64,000 nt of DNA. Source: Mobula hypostoma. Taxonomy: Eukaryota. Made by a program: the position numbers and the translations under genes. Location of the stretch: assembly GCF_963921235.1 (NCBI RefSeq), contig NC_086097.1, positions 135,038,001 to 135,102,000 on the forward strand, read 5' to 3'. How positions within the stretch are numbered: the first letter of the stretch is position 1; each line of letters opens with the position of its first letter. This document shows positions 54,039-64,000 of this stretch, one piece after another. The notes beneath the pieces are model-generated. The model did no database searches. It was given only the letters and a program-made list of their open reading frames with translations, and was not told the origin of the DNA.

Positions 54039-54133
54039 CAGTAACAGCCGGTGTACACACAATCCTCCTTTAAAATAGCTGGCATTTGGCACGTATCGCC
54101 TGGGTCCAGCCCGGCGGGGTTTGGTAAACTCAT
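54039..54133 (-). CDS. NTAQ1: Protein N-terminal glutamine amidohydrolase, coding exon 1
   Basis: ATG at 54133, first in-frame ATG after an upstream TGA. Translates MSLPNPAGLDPGDTCQMPAILKEDCVYTGCY then TG|gtaag. Matches human ..DACVYSSCYC. 95 nt. Confidence 0.85.
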
Positions 54134-54400
54134 AGCACCTCCGGGAAAACGAAACTCTTCACACCGACTCTGATTTATTTTGTGCTCGGAGCCCCTTCAC
54201 CGTGACTCAGACCGGGAACCAGAATGATTCCAGCCGGAACCATGGGTCGAGCCAGCAATGCAGCCCGAATGACAATGGAGGGGGAAAGCAGCTGCACATC
54301 GACATTTCCCCGCCCACCCGATGACGTCGGCATGGTAACCGGCTGCGCGCGCACTCCACCCTGCTTCCAACGATTTCTTGTGTTTCGTGCTTCGACGACC
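54040..54400 (-). promoter_or_regulatory. CpG-rich promoter/first-exon region of NTAQ1
   Basis: Local CpG enrichment. GC box CCCCGCCC near 54308, CRE-like TGACGTC 54322-54328, X-box-like GTCGGCATGGTAAC 54326-54339, palindromic TGCGCGCGCA 54344-54353. Confidence 0.7.
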
Positions 54401-55949
54401 ACTGGTGGGACTTGGATTTTAGAACTTTTTTTTACATTTTATTGATACCTCTGCATTGCATAAGCACGGTGCACTTAAACCTTTTGGGGAATAATTGTAA
54501 CAGGTATCAACTATGGTGTTCTGAAGATGTGAAAAGTTCAGGAGATACAGGACTGCAGATGCCGGAATCTGGAGCAAAACACAAGTCTCTGGGGGTCGAG
54601 CAGCACCTGTCGGGGCAGGAGAAATTGCCGGGGTTTCGCACAGGCGCTTCTAGACCCGCTGAGTTCTTACAGCAGGTTGCTGCATGTGAAAAGTTAGCTC
54701 TGGTTTTCTCTTCGTGGTTGCTACCTGGCCAGCTGGGCATTTCCAGCGTCTGCAGTGTTTATTTTAGTGAGGACTAAGTGGATAATTTTAAGTGCGGCAT
54801 TCCTGACGGTGCAGTGTTGAGAATGTTGGGCTGTGGAAGTTGCAATGTTTCTGTTTATATCTCCTCAGATATTGCTCGGTATGCTGGATGCTTACAGCAT
54901 TTTCCGTTCTGAGGATTGATCCCTGAAATACTGACAAGACTCTTGAAACGACCTGCCATACGCTGAAGATGAATTCTCGATCTGCCAGTCTATACTGTTT
55001 CAGGCATTCCTTACCTACTCCTGCCCTGTAATTGAAGCACTGTATTCAGCATTCTGAGCTTTTTACCAGCTCAGTTTCATATAACATGATCTGCCCAGGT
55101 AGCATACAGAACGTGTTTTCTCTTTATCTTAATACACGTGACGTTAAACAATCAAATAGAAGGCAAAGTTAAATAACAAACAGATCAAGAGCAATTAAAT
55201 TAGGATGGATGTTGATATTTTAAAAAGCTGGGCTACCACTGTTGTAATTAGCTATGAATTTGTACAAGACAGATACAAATGCCCGAGACAGACCTAGCAA
55301 ACAATACCAGGTTAATTTGGAGACTGTGGCTGCAGATAAGGTGCAGAAGAGCTTGACCAGGATGCTGCCTGGATCAGAGGTTCTGAGCTCTCAGGAGAGG
55401 TTGGATTAACTTGGGTTGTTCTCCCTAAGACTGTGAGTGGGGACCTTGTAGAGATTTTTTAAATTATGAGAGGCAGAGATAGGATAAATAGAATCTTTTC
55501 CCCAGGGTTGAAATGTCAAACACTAGATGACATTATTTGAAGGTGGGGGAAGCTTACACAGAGAGTGGTGGGTTGACATTGAGCCCACGAACTTTTCCTC
55601 ACTTTTTAAAAAATATATATTTCTGTTTTCACACAATTTTTAATCTATTCAATGTACATATACTGTAATGGGTTTACTTCTTTATTTTTACTTTTTTTCT
55701 TTTATATTATGTATTGCATTGAACTGCTGCTGCTAGGTTAACAAATTTCATGACACATGCAGGTGATAATAAACTTGATTCTGGGGTACCTGGAATGTGT
55801 TACTGGGCTACCAGTGGAAGCAGAGAGATAGACATGAACACGAAGTGAATGGAGAAATATGGATGATATGCATGAGGAGGACAGTTGGTATAAATTGAAA
55901 TCAAGACTAGCAGAACATTGTGGGCCAAATGACTTGCCCAGTATTATAA

Positions 55950-58630
55950 TAGAAAACATAGAACATAGGAAACCTGCAGCACAATCCAGGCCTTTCAGCT
56001 CACAAAGCTGTGCCGAACATATCCTTACCTTAGAAATTACCTAGGGCTACCCATAGCCCTCTATTTCTCTAAGCTCCATCTACCTGTCCAGAAGTCTCTT
56101 AAAAGACCGTATCATATCCGCTTCCACCACCGTCGCTGGCAGCCCATTCCACGCACTCAGCACTCTGTGTAAAAAAAAACTTACCCCTGACATCTCCTCT
56201 GTACCTACTTCCAAGCACCTTAAAACTGTGCCCTCTCGTGCTAGCCATTTCAGCCCTGGGAAAAAGCCTCTGACTATCCACACAATCAATGCCTCTCATC
56301 ATCTTATACACCTCTATCAGGTCACCTCTCATTCTCCGTCGCTCCAAGATGAAAAGCCAGAGTTCACTCAACCTATTCTCATAAGACATGCCCCCCAATC
56401 CAGGCAACATCCTTGTAAATCTCCTCTGCACCCTTTCTATGTTTCCACATCCTTCCTGTAGTGAGGCGACCAGAACTGAGCACAGTACTCCAAGTGGGGT
56501 CTAATCAGGGTCCTATATAGCTGCAACATTACCTCTCGGCTCCTAAACTCAATCCCATGATTGATGAAGGCCAATGCACCATATGCCTTCTTAACCACAG
56601 AGTCAACCTGCGCAGCAGCTTTGAGTGTCCTATTGGCTTGGACCCCAAGATCCCTCTGGATCCTCCACACTGTCAAGTGTCTTACCATTAATACTATATT
56701 CTGACATCATATTTGACCTACCAAAATGAACCATCCCACACTTATCTGGGTTGAACTCCATCTGCCACTTCTCAGCCCAGTTTTGCATCCTATCAATGTC
56801 CCGCTGTAACCTCTGACAGCCCTCCATGCTATCCACAACACCCCCAACCTTTGTGTCATCAGCAAATTTACTAACCCATCCCTCCACTTCCTCATCCAGG
56901 TCATTTATAAAAATCACAAAGAGTAGGGGTCCCAGAACAGATCCCTGAGACACACCACTGGTCACCGACCTCCATGCAGAATATGACCCATCTACAATCA
57001 CTCTTTGCCTTCTGTGGGTAAGCCAGTTCTGGATCCATAAAGCAAGGTCCCCTTGGATCCCATGCCTCCTTACTTTCTCAATAAGCCTTGCATGGGGTAT
57101 CTTATCAACTGCTTTGCTGAAATCCATATACACTACATCTACTGCTCTACCTTCATCAATATGTTCAGTCACATCCTCAAAAAATTCAATCAGGCTCGTG
57201 AGGCATGATCTGCCTTTGACAAAGCCATGCTGACTGTTCCTAATCATATTATGCCTCTCCAAATGTTCATAAAACCTGCCTCTCAGGATCTTTTCCATCA
57301 ACTTACCAACCATGGAAGTAAGACTCACTGGTCTATAATTTCCTGGTCTATCTCTACTCCCCTTCTTGAACAAGGGAACAACATCTGCAACCCTCCAATC
57401 CTACCAAACCTCTCCCATCCCCATTGATGATGCAAAGATCATTGCCAGAGGCTCAGCAATCTCTTCCCTCGACTCCTACAGTAGCCTGGGATACATCTCA
57501 TCCAGTCCCGGAAACTTATCCAACTTGATGCTTTCCAAAAGCTTCAGCACATCTTTTTTGTTAATGTCTGTATGCTCAAGCTTTTCAATCCACTGTAAAT
57601 CAATCCCTACAGTCACCAAATCCTCTTTCATAGTGAATATTGCAGCAAAGTATTCTTTAAGTATCTCGGCTACCCCCTCCGGTTCCATACACACTTTTCC
57701 ATTGTCACACTTGATTGGTCCTATTCTCTCACATCTTATCCTCTTGCTCTTCACGTACTTGTAGAATGCCTTGGAGTTTTCCCGTAATCCTGTCTGCCAA
57801 GGCCATCTCATGGCCCCTTCCGGCTCTCCTAATTTCATTCTTAAGCTCCTTCCTGCTAACCTTATAATCTAGATCTCTATCATTACCTAGTTTTTTTGAA
57901 CCTTTCATAAGCTTTTCTCTTGACTTGATTTTCAACAGCCTTTGTACACTACGGTTCCTGTACCCTACCATCCTTTCCCTGTCTCATTGGAATGTACCTA
58001 TGCAGAACGCCACACAAATATCCCCTGAACATTTGCCACATTTCTGCTATATATTTACCTGAGAACATCTGTTACCAATTAATATTCCAAGTTCCCGCCT
58101 GATAGCTTCATATTTCCCCTTACTCCAATTAAACACTTTCCTAACTTGTCTGTTCCTATCCCTCTCCAATGCTATGGTAAAGGAGACAGAGTTGTGATCA
58201 CTATCTCCAAAATGCTCTCCCACTGAGAGACCTGACACCTGACCAGGTTCATTTCCCAATACCAGATCAAGTACAGCCTCTCCTCTTGTAGGCTTATCTA
58301 CATATTGTGTCAAGAAACCTTCCTGAACACACCGAACAAATTCCACCCCATCTGAACCCCTTGTTCTAGGGAGATGCCAATCAGTATTTGGGAAATTAAA
58401 ATCTCCCACCACAACAAGTCTGTTATTATTACACCTTTCCAGAATCTGTCTCTCTATCTCCTCCTCGATGTCCTTGTTACAACTGAGTGGTCTATAAAAA
58501 TCACCCGGTAGAGTTATTGACCCCTTCCTGTTCCTAACTCCCACCCACAGAGACTCCATAGACAATCCCTTCACGTCTTCCTCCTTTTCTACGGCCGTGA
58601 CAGAATCTCTGATCAATAGTGCCACGCCCC
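55950..58630 (-). mobile_element. 5'-truncated CR1 LINE, same subfamily as 24293-27341
   Basis: APE and RT fragments (GDFNFP, SDH, FADD). TTCTATG tail at the left end. Confidence 0.93.
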
Positions 58631-58968
58631 GTTGATCTGCGTTACTACCAAGGACCAGAAATAATTGTCAATTTATCATCTTTAAAGATCTCCAGATTCT
58701 TTGAACTACTTCAAAGGAGCAAGTTCAGGGTGAGGTCATCCCTTCCATCAAAGATAACCTGATAAAATGCTTGGGGAAGTGGTTTAATGTGTCATTGACA
58801 GACGGGGCCAATGTCACCAATGTTGTGAAGCAGACAGACGAATGGCTGAAGAAGATCAACAAATCTGGACTTCCAGGTAAATTCAAGACTTGGCTGTACC
58901 AATATGGCATTCTGCCCAGGCTTCTCTGGCTCTTCACACTTTATGAGTTCCCCATGACTGCCATAGAG

Positions 58969-60145
58969 CAGGGATCCCCAACCTTTTTTGCATCGCGGAC
59001 CGGTTTATTATTGACAATATTCTTGCGGACCGGCCGACCCGAGGGGGGGGGGTAGGGTTGCCAACGGACAAGAGGAGCAGTCAAATACGTTGTGTTTACC
59101 CCGAGAAAGACTACCATGACCATGAAGCCTTGCGCAGGCACCTGTGTGTGCATGCGTGTACGTGCCGATTTTTTTTACAAATCGTTTTTGGCAATTCTGT
59201 TCGGCGGGGGGTGTTAATCACAACCGGAATATAGGTGATAAGTGGCTAATACACTCAATTTCGTTTCTAAAAGGGTTTATCTAATGAATTTAATATTAAG
59301 CACAGTGCATTATTTTCCTCGCATTAATATAGTGATAAGTCAATTATCAGGGGAGGACAGGGGAACTTGAAGTAAGTGTTGAACGAACTTCCAGTAGAAG
59401 TGGTAGAGGCAGGTTCGATATTATCATTTAAAGAAAAATTGGATAGGTATATGGACCGGAAAGGGATGGAGCGTTATGGGCTGAGTACAGGTCGGTGGGA
59501 CTAGGTGAGAGTAGCGTTCGGCGCGGTCTAGAAGGGCCGAGATGCCTGTTTCCGTGCTGTAATTGTTATATGGTTATATAAGTCAATAGCATCAAAACAT
59601 TTTAAGTAATGTTTGGATATTAAACACACAGCACATATTTTCCCCGTATGAACATATAAAATCATTGTAACACACCAATATCGCTGAATCAGTGGGAGCT
59701 CTGGGCTTGTTTCCCTGCAACCAGACGGTGCCATCGAGGGGTGATAGGAGACAGTGATACTCGAAGGGGGTTCCTTATGTCCAGTCTATTCCACAATTTA
59801 ATTTTTGTTGCATTCATTGCAGAGATATGTTGGAAACAGAAGCAATGTTTTCAGTGCTTTCGTGGCTATCTCAGGATATTCAGCCTTGACTTTGATCCAG
59901 AATGCTGGCAGAGATGTTATGTCAAACATACTTTTCAGCCCACCATCATTTGCAAGCTCGAGGAATTGATCTCCTTCCCTCACTGACATGGATGACTCGC
60001 GGGTAATGACCTTGCGTGCATTCAAGCTCAGCAGTGCGCATGACAGGGAATGAGGAAAGGTGCAGCTGACTCATATCGCCAAATCATAGCATTTTCTCGC
60101 GGCCCAGTAGCACATGCTTTGCGGCCCGGTGGTTGGGGACTGCTG
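58969..60145 (-). mobile_element. Non-autonomous hAT (Charlie/Buster) element with transposase remnant and CR1 cargo
   Basis: TSD CCATAGAG/CCGTAGAG. TIR cagggatccccaacc / ggttggggactgctg. Remnant SLPAFWIKVKAEYPEIATKALKTLLLFPTYLC. CR1 3' end at about 59378-59580. Confidence 0.9.
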
Positions 60146-61443
60146 CCGTAGAGGGCATCGAGAGGAAAACCACCAAGCAGCTGTGGAGGTGGGTGGGAGT
60201 TCCCCCAAGCTTCTCTTCAGTGGGCCTCTACATTCGTTCTGGGCAACTGCAGCTTCCCCTGTCATCTGTTGTGGAGGAATTTAAGGTGGCAAAATGCAGA
60301 GTCTTACTAAGCTTGAGAGATTCCAATGACATCTTGGTAAAGCAAGCAGGTGTTACAACCAGATCTGGGCGCAAGCGGGCAGCCAACGCAGCTGTGGAGG
60401 AGGCAGTGTGTTCTCTGAAGCTGTGAGATATCATCGGCAACCCCTGCATTGGGCGGCAAGGCCTCGGCTCAGTTCACTTCCAGCAGTGGGGAAACGCAAG
60501 CATAAAGAACGGGCGAGACATGGTACAGGCAGAAGAAGGGATCCACAAGGAAGAGAAGCGGGTGTCAAAGGCAGTGGAACAAGGGTCCCAGGGTGCCTGG
60601 ACAAAATGGGATCTGCCTAAGCGCCAGATCTCATGGGCAGAGTTATGGAGACTGGAGCCCTTCCGTATTTCCTTCCTCTTGCAATCCGTGTATGACACTC
60701 TTCCTTCGCCATTACATCTGTACACATGGGGGATGAGAGAGGACACGAACTGTAAGCTCTGTGGTCAAAAGGGGACACTGGCTCATATATTGTCCAGGTG
60801 TAAAACAGCTCTAACTCAAGGACGGTATAGGTGGCGCCATGATAAGGTGCTTCTGGCTCTTGCTGACACACTTAGAGCAGGAGAGGTGCAAGAAGAGGAC
60901 GGCTGGCACTGATTTGAGGAAGGCCATCACCTTCATCAAAGAGGGAGCCAGGCCATTCGTAACCAAACAACCAAAATCCAATCTGCTGCTAACGGCCAGG
61001 TCTTGGGGAGATGGGGGTCGATGTGGGAAGGAGGTTGCAGTTCCCGGATGTGGTGCACACAACTCTACACCCTGACATTGTACTGTGGTCAACCGAAGAC
61101 AAGAAAATAATTCTGGTTGAGCTGACTGTGCTGTGAGAGAAGGGATAGGAAGAGGCCCATGAGAGAAAGGCCTTGAAGTACCAGCCCTTAGTGCAGGAGT
61201 GTAAGGACAAGGGATGGCAGACATGGTTGTTCCCTGTGGAGATCGGCTGCAGAGGTTTCCCACCCAAATCAACATGGCGATTGTTGTCAGATCTGGGCCT
61301 GGACGAAAGGAGCAAAAAACAAGCAGCTCGTAGGATGGGGGAAGAGGCAGAAAGAGCCTCTTGTTGGATTTGGAGTAGGCGAGAGGAGGGAAGCTAGAAG
61401 CCAGGAGCAGATGGGCAGTGATTTGGCCACAAATGCCGGCCCA

Positions 61444-61512
61444 CCAACTGGAGAGGGTCGTGGTTAAGGGTCGAAACACTCTGTGAAGGTTGGGAACCAC
61501 CTGATGACATCT
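61444..61512 (+). ncRNA. Putative non-circularly permuted hammerhead ribozyme with kink-turn in the HERO 3'UTR
   Basis: GUC site 61457-61459, GAAA 61473-61476, CUGAUGA 61501-61507. Stem I GUGGUU/AACCAC, stem III GAGGGU/ACACUC, k-turn and CCAACU/GGUUGG helix. Confidence 0.65.
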
Positions 61513-61679
61513 GCTTCGGCTGAAGGCTACGGTTACCTTATAAGGTAACTGGAGAATGCACCCTAAAAGGTATATGTAACAAGCTAGCTAATATACTTTA
61601 TATTTACAGGAGGTACAATGCCTAACTTGCATACAATATGAACAGTATGGTATGCAAAAAGCAACTCTGGTATTTAATC

Positions 61680-61803
61680 AACACACATAAAAGTTGCTGG
61701 TGAACGCAGCAGGCCAGGCAGCATCTCTAGGAAGAGGAACAGTCGACATTTCAGGCTGAGACCCTTCGCTTGAAATTCCAGCATCTGCAGATTTCCTCCT
61801 GTA
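61680..61803. mobile_element. Penelope terminal repeat fragment with internal inversion
   Basis: 61680-61769 is the same family as 156-250 (- strand). It is followed by a + strand cttgaaattccagcatctgcag segment. Confidence 0.6.
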
Positions 61804-62436
61804 TGATGTTTAATGAAAGCTTACATGGAATATTTTATCTCTTATCTGAAGGTGCAGACGTGGCCTCATACAAATTCCCATCTGATAGTATATCTTGTAA
61901 TGAAACAAATCATCTCAAGGGGTGGTAGAGAGAAATGTTTATTACATTTAATAAGTATCTGAATGGGTTTTGGGCAAAGAAAACAGCATCTTTCACCAAA
62001 TTGATGGTCTTCCAGCTGCCTTTGATGTCTGTCTCAGTGTGACCTTGGGACTAGCCCGTACAGTCAAGGACAGCTTTTAACCTGGTGGTATTATTCTATT
62101 GACTGGTCCTCTAGTAAGATAAATAAACTCCCAAGATCACAGTCTATCTCCTCAAAGCCTTGCACCTTCTTGTTTGCTTTGCACTGCACTTTCTTTGTAA
62201 CTGTCATACTCCTATTCTGCATTGTTATGGTTTTCCTTTGTACTACTTTAATGCACCTTGACAATCTGTATGGATGGCATGTAAAACGAAGTTTTTCACC
62301 ATCCCTTAGTCCATGTGACAATAACAAATTTAGATCAGAGAGTTCTCCGTTCCACAGCTCCCTTATAAACTGTGTCAAGAACTCTTCTGTTCATCCTGCC
62401 TCCACACTCTCTTTGCAAAGAGGAGGTAGACCATCT

Positions 62437-64000
62437 CAAGGTTCAAGATTGTTCGATGTCCTTTTCACAATACAAGTGTAAAGGAGAATGAAATAAATGT
62501 TGCTCCGGATGCAGCACAAAAAGAAAACACAAAAAGGTAAGGTCCATATATAAGATATGTCCATAAAGTGACACTAGGCACAGGAGTGTCTATCCATCAG
62601 GCGACTGACAGGAAATGATACAGTAGTGGTGGTTGGGGGCTGTGGAGGGGTGGGTTAGTGGATAGAAGAGTTGATCAGCTTTATTGCTTGGGAAAGTAAC
62701 CTTTTTTGCATCTGGTGGTCCTGGCACAGATGCTGTGCAGCTTCCTCCGTAATGGCAGTGGGACAAACAGTCCATGAGCAGTGTGGGTGGGATACTTCAT
62801 GATGTTACTGGGCACCTTTCTGTGTACTTACGCCCTTGATGGCAGTAGGCTGGTGCCTGTGATGTGTTGGGCAGTTTTGATGACCTAATGTAGGGCATTC
62901 CCATCCACTGCGGTGCTGTTTCTGTACCATGCACTGATGCAGTTCATTAGGATGCTCTCTAAGTGCTTCTGTAGAATGACTTGAGTGCACAGTCCAGCTG
63001 TCTTCAGCCTCCTCTGAAAGCAGAGGCGTTGGTGAGCTTTCCTGATTGTGTGAGACGTATACTGGGACCATGAGAGGTTGTGCAAGATGTGCACTCTCCA
63101 GTTTCAGACTAAATGTAGTTTCCACTGCTGTGCTGTCGATGTACTGTATATAGGGATGCGAGTTCTCCTGAAGTCGATAACCATCTCCTTTGTCTTACTG
63201 GCATTGCTGTTGTTTCTTTCCGCGTCGTCTCGTTGTGTCATTTCTTTAGCACTTTTGTCTGTCTTTTATGAGGCCGGGTTGCTAGCTTGACGTTCGACCC
63301 GATACGTATGGAAAATGTGCAAGGATTCGAACCTGGGACCACTTGCCTCAAAGTCCATTGGGGATGCCAGTTGTTTCTTGTTGACATTGAGGAAAGCGTC
63401 AGGTTGCTGGTGATGAGTCCCACTGCTGTTATGTCAGTGGTGAACTTGTCGATGTGTTCTCTCGGGTGTTTAGCTGTGCAGTCACTTGTGCACAGAGTGT
63501 ACCGCAATGGGCTGAGCACACAGTTCTGGATGGCGTCCGTGTTTAAGATGATGGGGAGAGAGGAGTGGTAATACATCCCGACTACTTGGGTCTGTTGGTT
63601 AGGAAGTCCAACATCCGGTTGCACAGCGATGTATTCAGGCTGAGAAATAAGAGTTTGTTCACTAAGGTCTGTGGGACTTGCCGAACTGAAATTCAGACAC
63701 TGCATTCAAACATAAGTGCCCTTGTTTGCCGGGTGTGTTAAGGCCAGGTGCTTGACAGACGCTAAGGCATTTCATAGAGAGGTTCTACCGGTAAGCATAT
63801 TGATGAATGTCCAGTGTGGCAGGAATATAGTTTTTGAGATGTGCCATTACCAGCTGTTCAAAGCATTTAATGATGATTGGCATCAGTGCCATCGAGCAAT
63901 AGTCATTTCGTTCTGAGGGCGTAGAGTTCTTTGGTACAGGGGTGATGGTGACTGATTTGAGGCACGAGGGGACAGCAGCCTGGGTGAGTAAACTGTTGAC
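62437..64000 (-). mobile_element. Degenerate Rex1/Babar-type LINE running off the window
   Basis: ILNTDAIQNCVLSPLRYTLCTSDCTA..KFTTD and KAHQRLCFQRRLK..ESILMNCISAWY. Confidence 0.75.
63205..63370 (-). mobile_element. tRNA-derived SINE inserted in the Rex-type LINE
   Basis: Minus-strand Pol III B box GGTTCGAATCC and an aac-type tail. Interrupts the RT remnant. Confidence 0.55.

Larger units (their letters stand above)
58720..61580 (+). mobile_element. 5'-truncated HERO-clade (R2-group, restriction-like endonuclease) non-LTR retrotransposon, decayed and split by a hAT element
   Basis: KCLGKWF, SGLPGKFKTWLYQYGILPRLLW, SVYDTLPSP, CCHC knuckle CKLC..HILSRC, RYRWRHDKVL, PDIVLWS..IILVELTV..RKALKY..PVEIGCRGF (RLE). 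Confidence 0.88.

Noticed and set aside
54224..54777. Plus-strand ORFs at the CpG island as a possible ATAD2 first exon
   Set aside because: No resemblance to the ATAD2 N-terminus; explained by GC-rich promoter sequence and PLE-derived repeats.
60811..61500. 229-aa minus-strand ORF
   Set aside because: Antisense shadow of the HERO ORF and 3'UTR with no recognisable domain.
1..64000. CRISPR arrays, rRNA or bona fide tRNA genes
   Set aside because: None seen; the only B-box noticed (about 63325) belongs to a SINE.

Overview
Eukaryotic, vertebrate genomic DNA. The repeat content (SGNH-esterase CR1 LINEs, HE1/V-type SINE, Penelope, Rex/Babar, Tc1, hAT) points to a cartilaginous fish, probably a ray; this is inference. 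Two host genes are present, tail-to-tail as in human. On + is the last coding exon and apparent long 3'UTR of FBXO32 (atrogin-1/MAFbx; 508-597). On - is a complete six-exon NTAQ1/WDYHV1 gene (209 aa; CDS 54133 down to 30763) with a CpG-rich promoter. Most of the rest is nested, decayed transposable elements. The most striking feature is in the 3'UTR of a HERO-type RLE retrotransposon (61444-61512). It holds a complete hammerhead ribozyme core whose strands are in a non-circularly permuted (pseudoknotted) order, with a Kt-7-like kink-turn extending stem III. Also notable: several Penelope-type minimal hammerheads, including a 125-bp insert with a 14-bp TSD; a CR1-derived perfect TACTAAC branch point before NTAQ1 exon 5; a 2.3-kb CR1 quasi-palindrome with an apparent gene-conversion tract; and a composite transposon bounded by two complete MITEs. 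TE boundaries were read by eye and are approximate unless a TSD or TIR is quoted.
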